IMG/VR virus record: IMGVR_UViG_3300031716_000007
Location: 7,075 to 71,074 of that record
DNA from: a virus
Taxonomy: Duplodnaviria > Caudoviricetes
Direction: 5' to 3' (one strand)
Length of the DNA: 64,000 nucleotides
This document shows, piece by piece, positions 37,351 to 46,687 of the stretch (positions are counted from its first letter, which is position 1; the number at the start of each line of letters is the position of its first letter). A program made the translations under genes and the position numbers. The notes beneath the pieces were generated by a model that worked only from the letters and a program-made list of their open reading frames with translations, did not search any database and had not been told where the DNA came from.

Positions 37351-38263
37351 AGACTCCTCTCATCCATTCAATTGTTTTCTCAATACCTTCTTCTAAGGTA
37401 ATTTTTGGGTCGTGGTTTAAAAGTTTTTTTGCTTTCTCGATAACCGGCCTTTTATTTGTAACATTGTGCTTATCAATTTCTTTAAGCACCATTAAGCTTT
37501 CCGGCTTACCTGCACATTTTAAGACGATACGAGCAAGGTCCTCAACAGAACGATATTCCGTCCCTCCGATATTAATAACTTCACCGTCTTTAAATCTCTC
37601 ACAAGCATTGGCCAGCGTCGGTATGAAATCGTCAATATACATAAAAACACGATGATAATCCTTGTAGACTGTAAAAGGAATATCATGAAGTGCTTGATAA
37701 CAAAAAAGACAGCACACTGATCGATAATTCGTAAAATTCTCCCCCGGTCCATACGCATTAAAAAATCGAAGAATCTCAATTTGGTTTTGATACCGATCAC
37801 GAAAGTTTTTAATCTGCATCTCATTGACCAATTTAGAAATCGCATAATCGTTATGCAATCTCCCGTGCTCCATATCCTCGGTAATATATTCTGCCGTCAA
37901 GTCACCATAAATCTCAGAACTCGACGCATGAATCATTTTAAAACCTAATCTTTTCTGAACTTCGAGCAAGTTGCGCATACCAATAACATTGCTCTTCCAG
38001 CATTTTTCATAAAATTCTTCGCCATTAATACGACCAAATTCAGCTGCAAGATTCAATACAACGTCTGGGCTAAAACTAAAATCATCATGCATGCGTTCAA
38101 ACGCGACCAAAATCTGTCTTATCTCACTAATATCGCATCGTAATTCGCGTGGATTGTTAGAGTGTTTTAAATCAAGGCCAAACACCTCATGTCCACGTCG
38201 ATTGAGCTCTTGCACTAAAGGTTTACCAAGCGTTCCATTTGATCCTGTTACTAAAATTTTCAT
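37340..38263 (-). CDS. NAD-dependent NDP-sugar epimerase/dehydratase/decarboxylase (extended SDR)
   Basis: VTGSNGTLG, NLAAE, HASSSEIYGD, YAISK, RFFNAYGPG. Confidence 0.92.
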   Translation of the reverse strand: MKILVTGSNGTLGKPLVQELNRRGHEVFGLDLKHSNNPRELRCDISEIRQILVAFERMHDDFSFSPDVVLNLAAEFGRINGEEFYEKCWKSNVIGMRNLLEVQKRLGFKMIHASSSEIYGDLTAEYITEDMEHGRLHNDYAISKLVNEMQIKNFRDRYQNQIEILRFFNAYGPGENFTNYRSVCCLFCYQALHDIPFTVYKDYHRVFMYIDDFIPTLANACERFKDGEVINIGGTEYRSVEDLARIVLKCAGKPESLMVLKEIDKHNVTNKRPVIEKAKKLLNHDPKITLEEGIEKTIEWMRGVYGK

Positions 38264-39174
38264 TTAAACTCCATCCTTTCGTAATCTTTCCACATTGTTT
38301 CTGGCGTCATCGCATTAAATTTGGCCATGAAATCTCTAATGCTATTAAAATTACTAATAGCATTAAAAAAGTTAGGAGAATCATTTCTATTCGGCGCGAT
38401 TTCATTGTTAGCCCGTCCTTCCTTCCACCATCGGTTATGGATTGCATAAACTCGCTCTGGATTAAACATCATCATATCGCGTTCAACATATCGCGTTTCC
38501 CAATAATTAAAATCACATACCCACTGATGACCATCTAAAACAATGATGTCTTCTTGTTTAATATTCTTCCTAATTGACCTATTCATTGCGATCAATGGAT
38601 GACTTCTCTCGTCGGTAACAGCATAATCAAATGTAAAGTCGTACCAGTCTTTGAGGAACTGATTATGATGTTTAGGATCGAAAAATACTGGGAAATCTGC
38701 AAGAGCCGCATACATTCTGTCGCGAATATCGTCAATTGAATGTTTGTAGAGAGATTCCACTGGAAACATTGAATGTTTATGATCAGCTGTTATCAACTTC
38801 TTTTCATTAAAAGCTTTCTCAAACCATTCGTTCATATTGCCGCAAAGAAACAAATCTCCGTCAATAATGCAAACAGCGTCATAATCATCTTTGATGTGAT
38901 TGGCCCACCAATACTTCTCCGCAAAGAAGGCATGATAAAGGTCGTTATAAACACGATTAGGTTCTCGCTGTTTAATTAAGTTCCAAACAACTTTAAATGG
39001 AAACGCTTTAGAGCACGCGTCCATATATTCCTGTGTCATGGCTTCATGATGAACGATATGGAAATCAGCTTCAGTGCCGTAGTATTTCATCGCGTTCATC
39101 GTTGCATTAAGCGAGAACATGTACCCTGGTGAAATTGTCGCAACAAAAGCGAAACGTTTATTTTTCACGATCAA
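38260..39174 (-). CDS. GT8-like glycosyltransferase (paralogue of 36349..37350)
   Basis: KRFAFV...GY...A.MNAM.YYG N-terminus and EKYWWA...YDAVCIIDGDLF. Confidence 0.6.
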   Translation of the reverse strand: MIVKNKRFAFVATISPGYMFSLNATMNAMKYYGTEADFHIVHHEAMTQEYMDACSKAFPFKVVWNLIKQREPNRVYNDLYHAFFAEKYWWANHIKDDYDAVCIIDGDLFLCGNMNEWFEKAFNEKKLITADHKHSMFPVESLYKHSIDDIRDRMYAALADFPVFFDPKHHNQFLKDWYDFTFDYAVTDERSHPLIAMNRSIRKNIKQEDIIVLDGHQWVCDFNYWETRYVERDMMMFNPERVYAIHNRWWKEGRANNEIAPNRNDSPNFFNAISNFNSIRDFMAKFNAMTPETMWKDYERMEFK

Positions 39175-39895
39175 TACCTGCCTTTAATTTATCTACAGCT
39201 TGTGGATAAAGCCCATGTCCATTAAAATCAGCAGCATTAAGACCGCCATTTGTTTGATGGCCTAATCGCATACCTTCCCGAGTCGAATCATGCATCTGTC
39301 CGTTGCCGTTAAAATGAACCATTGTTATCTTGCTTCGTAAATCGATCATGCGATCAATCCCATACACATTCTTAAGGCCATTAAATGTATTCCACAGAAC
39401 AACATCACCGTCCCATGTCTTAATTAAATGATGATGAAAATAACCCAAAGCATTAATCGCTTCTCGACTAAGGATTGGAAACGGAGCAAAAATATCGGTA
39501 TGTCCACTTACTCCGGTATTGATATATGCAATCCTATGATTTAAATTTCTTTTATAAATGCTATCCACAATGATTTTGTCCCATCCTTCAGATCCGTGAA
39601 GCTTGCAATCATCGTTAAGCGCCCAAATCAAATCCCCTTCAGCTTTCTTGGCCAAATAATTATAATAATCCTGAGATAAGTTGTCGGTCCTTGTCTCAAC
39701 AAAGATCTTATAATTGATAGACTTACCAAAACTCTTCTCTAGTAAGTGAACATATCCTGAATCAACATCATCGTCATCAATTTTTATCAAGAACTCAACA
39801 TTCTGAATATCCTTAGCTTTAGAAACAATAGAATCGATTAGGTCGATTAGCATGCCCGGCCGTCTGCGCGATGGTATTAACAAAGAAAATTTCAT
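39158..39895 (-). CDS. GT2-family glycosyltransferase
   Basis: SLLIPSRRRP, FLIKIDDDD, DLIWALNDDC. Confidence 0.8.
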   Translation of the reverse strand: MKFSLLIPSRRRPGMLIDLIDSIVSKAKDIQNVEFLIKIDDDDVDSGYVHLLEKSFGKSINYKIFVETRTDNLSQDYYNYLAKKAEGDLIWALNDDCKLHGSEGWDKIIVDSIYKRNLNHRIAYINTGVSGHTDIFAPFPILSREAINALGYFHHHLIKTWDGDVVLWNTFNGLKNVYGIDRMIDLRSKITMVHFNGNGQMHDSTREGMRLGHQTNGGLNAADFNGHGLYPQAVDKLKAGIDREK

Positions 39896-40107
39896 TTAAA
39901 AACCCCCTGACAATAAACGTTAGCTTTTCCTCGAGATTCTTCTTTCTCAACTTTATCGACCTTCTCAAATATCAGCATAAATGTTTTGTGCGTAACTAAT
40001 CGAATGGCCTTTACAATTTGTTCAATGCGATCTTCAGCATGCTCATTAATAATGACCTTACCGCCATAAACCTTATCACTAATCTTAAATTGGAAATTGA
40101 TTTCCAT
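39892..40107 (-). CDS. Hypothetical protein
   Basis: TAATG-coupled to the upstream gene. Confidence 0.45.
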   Translation of the reverse strand: MEINFQFKISDKVYGGKVIINEHAEDRIEQIVKAIRLVTHKTFMLIFEKVDKVEKEESRGKANVYCQGVFK

Positions 40108-40664
40108 TATTTCACCACCCATGCTGTAAAATCAGATGATTTATTTAATTTCTCACCAAAACATTCCTCGACGATCTCTGTTAAAGGATGGACAAGGCCA
40201 ACATCATGCATTAAGAAAAATCCTCCTTCACGCACAAGCGGATAAAATAATTCAATGTCTTTTTTAATCCCTTCCTCGCTATGATCACCATCAACTAAAA
40301 CAAAATCAAACAACTTATCTGGATTCTTATTCTTAATCCATTTGTGTGCTTCAACGCTTTTCATAACAAGCATGCAGACCCGTTCCCCAAATTCAGGAAG
40401 CAATAACCTGGATTCTGCAAACCGTCTGTTCTCATTATGATAGTCTTGCGGCTCCCCGGCCTCGAACTCCGCCCCGTCGCGGTGTTCATAAGGATCTATC
40501 GTATAAAGTTGAACTTGAGGAAGAGCCCATAAGACAGCCCGCGTTAAATCACCACATTTTGTCCCAATCTCGATGCCACAGATAACCTCTTGCTTGGAAA
40601 ACATATCTTTAATAAGTTTCCCAGCTGTCTGGTATAAATTTAAATTCTTCATTTCTGCTTCCAT
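40107..40664 (-). CDS. Class I SAM-dependent methyltransferase (Methyltransf_24-like)
   Basis: IEIGTKCG, IDPY, FDFVLVDGDHS, LVREGGFFLMHD. Confidence 0.85.
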   Translation of the reverse strand: MEAEMKNLNLYQTAGKLIKDMFSKQEVICGIEIGTKCGDLTRAVLWALPQVQLYTIDPYEHRDGAEFEAGEPQDYHNENRRFAESRLLLPEFGERVCMLVMKSVEAHKWIKNKNPDKLFDFVLVDGDHSEEGIKKDIELFYPLVREGGFFLMHDVGLVHPLTEIVEECFGEKLNKSSDFTAWVVK

Positions 40665-40981
40665 TTTGCCTCTTTCTTTTCTTCCTCAATAAGCCCTCTT
40701 AACAAAGATAAATATACCCGCGCATCTAAAATACGACCTTCAATTGACTCAGATAAAACTTTCTCGCTCTTGATATAAGAAGCAATGCTGTCCAAGTGCT
40801 TCTTTAAATAAACATAAAGAACTTTCTTCGGTGATACACCAATCTCTTTTGCAATGCGTTTAAAATTATCTAACCGATCGCCTTGCGTGTACTCTTTACC
40901 CTTCGTCGCTGCGATCTGCGTTTCCTCTTGATGCATTTTGTCTAGTAGTTTATCGAACTCTTCAAATGTCATTCTCTCCAC
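40649..40981 (-). CDS. DUF1599 / nucleotide-modification-associated-domain-like protein
   Basis: KGKEYTQGDRLDNF...YLKKHLDSI...ESIEGRILDARVYL pattern. Confidence 0.55.
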   Translation of the reverse strand: MERMTFEEFDKLLDKMHQEETQIAATKGKEYTQGDRLDNFKRIAKEIGVSPKKVLYVYLKKHLDSIASYIKSEKVLSESIEGRILDARVYLSLLRGLIEEEKKEAKWKQK

Positions 40982-41784
40982 CGTAATCCTTCTTTATAGC
41001 CGTCCATCTTTCTTAAAATAGCAATCCCATAAATTTCACAGATCCGAACATATTCCCAATTGTATTTTGGGTTCTTAATAACTTCGTGACACCCGACTTC
41101 GCCCGGACCATATACGTCATGAAGCAGCATGAACCCGTTTCCTTCGCCTTTAAGTTGAGGATAAAGAACTTCTGCTTCATGACGTATATGGTCTCGATCG
41201 TGACATCCATCTAAAAATATCATGTCAAATCGAACGTCTTTAAACGTCTCAGATGTCAGATTAATTGAATCCATCTGAATGAGTGTATTTGGAAGGCCGG
41301 CCGCATCAAGCTTTGGCTTGACAACTTCCGTTCGATCTAAGATATCGACGCCATAATACATATTGCCGTACATCTTATAGCGTGTCGCATTATCCTTAAC
41401 AGCATGTGCTAGATACCACGACGTATAACCTTCAGCAACGCCAACCTCAAGAATCTGTTCAGCGCCAATCGCTCGAGCGAAATAATACAACATCGGGCCA
41501 AAGAAACTGATCGTTGAATTAAGATTCGTGTGATGCGCTGAGTGAACGAGCTCCATAATCGGTGCTGGATAATCAGTAAAATACTCAATATCCAACGGAT
41601 GAGTAATCTTTTTATTCGCATAATGCGGTAAGAGCGGCTGATTCAATATCTTTAAAAAATATTGAAACTGCCGCTCAAACTCTTCTTCGCTAACCGTACC
41701 AATGCCACGGCCAAGATTAGCGAAGTGTTCGCGTGTTTTGTTGAGAGCTCGTTCTTTTTGATCGTGAGAATATCTAACTTCCAT
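40969..41784 (-). CDS. Class I SAM-dependent methyltransferase (Methyltransf_24-like)
   Basis: LEVGVAEGYTS, FDMIFLDGCHD, GFMLLHD. Confidence 0.85.
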   Translation of the reverse strand: MEVRYSHDQKERALNKTREHFANLGRGIGTVSEEEFERQFQYFLKILNQPLLPHYANKKITHPLDIEYFTDYPAPIMELVHSAHHTNLNSTISFFGPMLYYFARAIGAEQILEVGVAEGYTSWYLAHAVKDNATRYKMYGNMYYGVDILDRTEVVKPKLDAAGLPNTLIQMDSINLTSETFKDVRFDMIFLDGCHDRDHIRHEAEVLYPQLKGEGNGFMLLHDVYGPGEVGCHEVIKNPKYNWEYVRICEIYGIAILRKMDGYKEGLRWRE

Positions 41785-41802
41785 AGTGAGTTTACCTCAT
41801 TA

Positions 41803-42090
41803 TTATTTTCTGTTTAAAGAAGCGAAGAAAGCTCCTAAGCCTTCTTGCACTCGCTTAGCATGATCGGGTGTTGTTCCAGGATAAATAATTGCTGTGATCA
41901 CTGGGGCCTCACCTTGTGGATCAGCTGTGATATTGATCGTCGCTGATACCCATTCACCTGGATCGTTAAAGCTGGCGCAAATTTCACCAAGCTTAGTAAA
42001 CGCTCCAACAAAATCATTTCCGAAATCAATTCTTTTTTGTTCGTCAGCTTTTTGCATATTGCACCCTTTTCTCTTTAATAAATTAAACAT
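41803..42090 (-). CDS. Hypothetical protein
   Basis: Operon position. Confidence 0.45.
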   Translation of the reverse strand: MFNLLKRKGCNMQKADEQKRIDFGNDFVGAFTKLGEICASFNDPGEWVSATINITADPQGEAPVITAIIYPGTTPDHAKRVQEGLGAFFASLNRK

Positions 42091-42290
42091 TAGATTGCTA
42101 AGACATCGTTTAAAGCTTGGTTAATAAGATTTAAATCTAGTGAATATGATGCTGTCTGTACTTCAGATTGTAATGCGACATATTCTTTGTATCGAAGATT
42201 GTCGCCATTTTTCATCGCTGTATATCTCAATTTGTTGTAGGTTACTAATAAGTTACATGCTGCTGAAAACGCCATTGGATCCATTGCCAT
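42090..42290 (-). CDS. Hypothetical protein
   Basis: GGAGG RBS before ATG 42290; the longer track start overlaps the upstream gene. Confidence 0.45.
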   Translation of the reverse strand: MAMDPMAFSAACNLLVTYNKLRYTAMKNGDNLRYKEYVALQSEVQTASYSLDLNLINQALNDVLAI

Positions 42291-42315
42291 CTTTCCCTCC
42301 TTGATTGGTACGTTA

Positions 42316-44061
42316 TTATTTTTTTCGCGCGATGCCGATCCCTTTACCGTTGTGATCTTCATAAAACTCAAATTGTTGTCGATAGGTTTGTTTGAAATCG
42401 TCCCAGACATCCTGAAGCGAACATCCATCAGGAGTGATGTCGTCAAATAAAATAAACCCGCCTTGCTCAATTAAAGCATGAGCATGAATTAAATCCATCT
42501 TGGCATATTCTTTATCGTGACATCCATCGACGAGGATATAATCAAACGTTTGGCCGTCTGCGATCAGTCTTGGCATTTCTTCAATGGAGCTTCCTTTAAT
42601 AAACTGAATGCGATCTGTTGGGATATTTAAAATCTCTAAATTAGCCTTGACAGAATCCGGACTTCCCATCTCAGCAAAAATATCGCACAAAAAAACTTTC
42701 TCAATAGCGTCATACTTAAAATAAGAACTTAATAATTGACAAATGGAAACTCCTGTCCTACATCCAATTTCTAAGATCCGCTTCGGCGCAAAGTTGCTGC
42801 CGATCCAATGCATGACGTGGTATGAATCCATGAAATTCTCGCCGCGCTTAGCGTAGTGCCATTGATACGCTTCTAAGTATTCGTCTTTCGGATTGTATTT
42901 CTTAAGGATCCGTAAAATGTTAAAGATATGCGCGTTAACCATTCTGTTTCTTTGGTCAAGTGTAAAATTAATTTGCTTCGATTCGATGGGAGCCTCTTCA
43001 ACATTTAATGGCACGGGAATTTCTTGTTTAACTGGCATAGGCTCCTCTTTTTTTGTAACAGTGAAATTATTTTTCATCGTATCAAGTTCCGGTAATCGTC
43101 CGCCCAAATAATACAATTCAATTGATCGTGCGATATCTTCCGGGCGAATCAGTTCCATACATAATGGTTGGCCCGTCTTTAAATGTTTATTAATGCATTC
43201 CTCGGTCCGTGATTTCCAACATCCGTCATAACTCGCGCAACTCATGACGCCGTTACGATATAAAAACTGATGGTCTGGGTTAATCTGCCATCTGACACCC
43301 TCGCGCGCACCAGCGACGACAACGCACGGCTTCTTTAACGCGGCCGCAATGACCATGTTCATCGATACGCAGTTCAGCAGACCGTCAGCGTCGCGGCAGA
43401 CACGAAACAATTGTCTTAAATTTGTTTTTCCTCTTAAATCAATAACGCCTTTGAGTGCTGGATGAGTATGCGCGGAATGTCCGACTTGAACAAATTGAAT
43501 CTTGCCTTGCAGAAGATCAACAACCTCTTGATAATTGTTGTACCACTTAAGCGTATAATCGTTTTTAATCCCAGCATTAATGACCCAATATCGTCCTCGA
43601 TACTGCGAAAATTTATGCACCGGGTTAGCAGAGGCAATCTCTGTTGGTGAAAAGAAGATGTCCGGTTGAAGTCCTGTTGCCGGGATCGCAATCCCTAGTT
43701 GTTTCGATAAAAATAAACGATGTCCGTCGGAGAAATGCGCTCCTGTCATGCCAGATCGACTAATTTCCGGATAATGAGCAATAAGATATTTTATTCCTTC
43801 CAATTCAATAGGTGGATGATTCTCATCTTTCTTAAGCTCTTCAATAATATTTAATTCTTTTTGGTTATCGGCTGGATGTAAAGGCGTGATGTATGGTGAA
43901 TACTGAAAGATCTCGTTACACGGGCTGCGCACATCAACCTCGAAGCGTCCCGGATACGCTTTGTGAAGCGAACGAATCGCACAGGTCATCATTAAGATAT
44001 CCCCAGGCGAGAGGCTATTTACGAGAACGATTTTTTCTTTTGTTGCGACGACAGTTGTCAT
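42316..44061 (-). CDS. GT9-like glycosyltransferase fused to a C-terminal SAM methyltransferase
   Basis: SLSPGDILMMT.AIRSLHKAYP, DLRGKTNLRQLFRV...VIAAALKKP; C-terminal LEIGCRTG...FDYILVDGCHD...GGFILFDD. Confidence 0.8.
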   Translation of the reverse strand: MTTVVATKEKIVLVNSLSPGDILMMTCAIRSLHKAYPGRFEVDVRSPCNEIFQYSPYITPLHPADNQKELNIIEELKKDENHPPIELEGIKYLIAHYPEISRSGMTGAHFSDGHRLFLSKQLGIAIPATGLQPDIFFSPTEIASANPVHKFSQYRGRYWVINAGIKNDYTLKWYNNYQEVVDLLQGKIQFVQVGHSAHTHPALKGVIDLRGKTNLRQLFRVCRDADGLLNCVSMNMVIAAALKKPCVVVAGAREGVRWQINPDHQFLYRNGVMSCASYDGCWKSRTEECINKHLKTGQPLCMELIRPEDIARSIELYYLGGRLPELDTMKNNFTVTKKEEPMPVKQEIPVPLNVEEAPIESKQINFTLDQRNRMVNAHIFNILRILKKYNPKDEYLEAYQWHYAKRGENFMDSYHVMHWIGSNFAPKRILEIGCRTGVSICQLLSSYFKYDAIEKVFLCDIFAEMGSPDSVKANLEILNIPTDRIQFIKGSSIEEMPRLIADGQTFDYILVDGCHDKEYAKMDLIHAHALIEQGGFILFDDITPDGCSLQDVWDDFKQTYRQQFEFYEDHNGKGIGIARKK

Positions 44062-44233
44062 CTTTTATTTTCTCCAAAGCTTCCATTGCTTGTTGTTTGC
44101 TATTGTAAATTCCTATTAGTTCCCATCCGTATTTAGGCATCCCGAGTCGCTGCAATAATGTTTGAATATGATATTCTTTTTGTTCCTCGTTATATTCAAT
44201 GACAAACCGTACATAATACTTAGGCTTTTTCAT
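44015..44233 (-). CDS. Hypothetical protein
   Basis: Fills the gap between two genes with short overlaps. Confidence 0.35.
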   Translation of the reverse strand: MKKPKYYVRFVIEYNEEQKEYHIQTLLQRLGMPKYGWELIGIYNSKQQAMEALEKIKDDNCRRNKRKNRSRK

Positions 44234-44765
44234 TTTTAAAAATGTAAGAATTAATGTACTCACGCGGCGGACACTCAGGCATTCCTTTAGCAATCAATTT
44301 AAATCCCATGTGTTTAAACATATGTTCTAAAAGATCGTCGGTGAAATAATGCAAATGTTCTGACGGCTTAAAATGTTTGTATCCTTGCCAGGGGACATCC
44401 GGAGGCTTAACAGGAACACTTATGACAACGTAATCGCCTTTTTTCAAAATTGGTTCAACCTCTTTAAAATCCGGAATGTGTTCAAGTACGTCGTACATCG
44501 TAATCACATCGTATCGTTGTCTTTTAATTCCTGTTTGCGGGACCGGCATAATATCAAATGTGTCAACGTCCCAGCCGCCCGGCGCAAATGATTTCATGGC
44601 GCCGATGCCGCAGCCATAATCTAAAAGTGTCAGCTGTTCATCTTCCTCGCTTCGAAAATCAATATTGTCCATGATAAATGTGTAGCGTTTCGTCATGACA
44701 TCGCGCGCGGTTGAAGCTTGAATCTTAAGAAGATTGTAATAATAATTCTCGTCGTACTTGATCAT
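44220..44765 (-). CDS. Class I SAM-dependent methyltransferase (Methyltransf_23-like)
   Basis: LLDYGCGIG, YDVITMYDVLEHIPD, EHLHYFT. Confidence 0.85.
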   Translation of the reverse strand: MIKYDENYYYNLLKIQASTARDVMTKRYTFIMDNIDFRSEEDEQLTLLDYGCGIGAMKSFAPGGWDVDTFDIMPVPQTGIKRQRYDVITMYDVLEHIPDFKEVEPILKKGDYVVISVPVKPPDVPWQGYKHFKPSEHLHYFTDDLLEHMFKHMGFKLIAKGMPECPPREYINSYIFKNEKA

Positions 44766-45172
44766 AGATATCTGATCTCCCCACTCTTTAATTTGTATCC
44801 GCCCGAGGCGTTTATTTTTGTCATTGAATTGTTAATATCAAGTTCAGGATCTTGAGTGTAGCTGCCGTCTTGCCGGCGAATAGATACAATAAAAGGAAAG
44901 TACCACTGGTTAGTTTCTTTAGAACCGATCACAACTTTTTTCTGAACCGTAAATACGCTTAAGACTTTACTTAACTGATCGATCGTGTGCCGCTCTTCGA
45001 TGCGGTCAAGCCGCCCTTCTTTTAAATCTGTCAAATCGCGCTTAAGTGCTGAGCGCCGGGCCTGAAGATTGGTGATTTTATTCTCAACGTCGGATAGTTC
45101 CTCAAGCGTGAGTGTCACGACGCTGCGAATAAGCTCAACTTTCTCCTCAAGCCTATTTGTTTTTTGCGACAT
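44762..45172 (-). CDS. Hypothetical coiled-coil protein
   Basis: N-terminal heptads; coupled to neighbours. Confidence 0.45.
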   Translation of the reverse strand: MSQKTNRLEEKVELIRSVVTLTLEELSDVENKITNLQARRSALKRDLTDLKEGRLDRIEERHTIDQLSKVLSVFTVQKKVVIGSKETNQWYFPFIVSIRRQDGSYTQDPELDINNSMTKINASGGYKLKSGEIRYL

Positions 45173-45329
45173 GCAGTTGTCTCGCTTTCTTCTGCAACTT
45201 CTTTTTGCAGACATACCCTCGTAACTTATTCTGCTGGTCTAAGAGAGGGATCATTCGTTTTAATTTGTGAGGAACTCCGCATTGCCGGCACATCAACTTC
45301 AAAGTTCTCGTCGGGCGTGGTTTATTCAT
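45153..45329 (-). CDS. Small CxxC (zinc-ribbon-like) protein
   Basis: MNKPRPTRTLKLMCRQCG...YVC; overlaps the groES stop codon. Confidence 0.35.
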   Translation of the reverse strand: MNKPRPTRTLKLMCRQCGVPHKLKRMIPLLDQQNKLRGYVCKKKLQKKARQLHVAKNK

Positions 45330-45627
45330 CAACGCACGCCTCAATTTTGTCTTCGTTAACCAATAGAAGCAATTGATCAACCTCACCGGCGTTTTTGCTG
45401 GGGACTTTTACCTCTGTATAAGAGAACTTATTAAAGAAAACCATCATTCCCTTCTTAAACCCGTATTTTCTGATGTTGCAGTCCTGGTCCATATCGACGA
45501 TGCGCCCTTTGGTCAATCCCTTCGCATTCGGGTCATGCGCGTCGGGTATAAAAATCCCGCCTTTGGATAATTCCTGTTTCTCGGGGGGTGCTACTAATAA
45601 ATTTCCGCGTATTGGACGGATTCTCAT
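45322..45627 (-). CDS. groES: GroES/Cpn10-like co-chaperonin
   Basis: IRPIRGNLLV...SKGGIFIPD...GRIV...GMMVFFNKFSYTEVKV...LLLVNEDKIEA matches the Cpn10 pattern. Confidence 0.85.
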   Translation of the reverse strand: MRIRPIRGNLLVAPPEKQELSKGGIFIPDAHDPNAKGLTKGRIVDMDQDCNIRKYGFKKGMMVFFNKFSYTEVKVPSKNAGEVDQLLLLVNEDKIEACVDE

Positions 45628-45646
45628 TTTGTTATGACTCCTTTGG

Positions 45647-45778
45647 TTAAACGAATTTCTTTAAAAGTGTTAAAAAATCGCGATAAAATTGTGTGTATTT
45701 TTTGTCAGATTGACTCGCCGCAATGCATAAAGATACAAAAGCTACGATAACTGCTAAGGAAATTAGAGAATTTAACAT
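45647..45778 (-). CDS. Small membrane protein
   Basis: GGAGG RBS and a single hydrophobic helix. Confidence 0.4.
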   Translation of the reverse strand: MLNSLISLAVIVAFVSLCIAASQSDKKYTQFYRDFLTLLKKFV

Positions 45779-45929
45779 AAAAACCTCCGTTTTTTTTAAA
45801 AACCGCTTAATGTATATAAACAGGAGTCGCGGCCCGGACGCACGGACCGGCGGGGCCAGGCAAATAGCCCTTGCCTTTTTCGTTTCGTCCCGTGACAAAA
45901 CTTATCAGACAACTCCTGGATAATTTCTC

Positions 45930-46253
45930 TTACCATGTCCCGTACCATCCCCCTGATGATGTCCCGCCACTGCTCGTATAATAATAATTGGTAAATACCA
46001 CTTTCACTTCTTGTCGCCGCGGCGCTTGGCCGTATTTTCGTATCCTCAACTGCTCGTCGTACTGACTCTTATACTTACTTAACACCTCATACGCATGATT
46101 GACTTGCTTCATCTTCGCTTCGTCGCCGCCTTGCCGATCAGGGTGATACTTAAGCGCACAACTTTTATACGCTTTCTTTATTTCCTCAGCCGTCGCGAAA
46201 TCTTTGAGCCCCAGATCTTCATACAATCTTGTTGTGACTTGCATTCGCGGCAT
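45930..46253 (-). CDS. J-domain (DnaJ-like) protein
   Basis: LYEDLGL...[17 protein letters not shown]...[10 protein letters not shown], with intact HPD motif. Confidence 0.9.
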   Translation of the reverse strand: MPRMQVTTRLYEDLGLKDFATAEEIKKAYKSCALKYHPDRQGGDEAKMKQVNHAYEVLSKYKSQYDEQLRIRKYGQAPRRQEVKVVFTNYYYTSSGGTSSGGWYGTW

Positions 46254-46264
46254 ATCATAAAAAT

Positions 46265-46293
46265 AAAAAAAGCCCAACTAATTAAAGTTGAGC
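46265..46293 (-). terminator. Intrinsic terminator-like hairpin just upstream of the J-domain gene
   Basis: Minus strand GCTCAACT-TTAATT-AGTTGGGC followed by T7. Confidence 0.6.
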
Positions 46294-46687
46294 TTTTCTC
46301 TCCATCACCCCAGTTAACCCTGAAATTTTTTTCACTTGACTTTTCTGGTTTAGTTTCGATTTAAGATTTACTTCTCGCGCGCCACACGCACCAACATTAA
46401 TAGCATCACTACAATCCTTGTCAAATAAAAACCAATATATTTTCACCCCCGTTTTTAAAATTCCAAAGTATAAATTTACGCCCGTCGAGATAGGTCCCAT
46501 AAAAAAGTGTAGAGGATTATTTTTGTTGCTGCGACGCAGCGATGATAGGTATAAGATTGGTGTAATAAAGGTGTAAATGAAACCTATTGTTGCAGAGTCG
46601 CTGCGTTGCGGAGTGGCCGAAAACACGAAATCGAAGCTATATTTGTTCGTCAATACGCGGGAAGTGAAAAAACGAATTTCTAACTTT

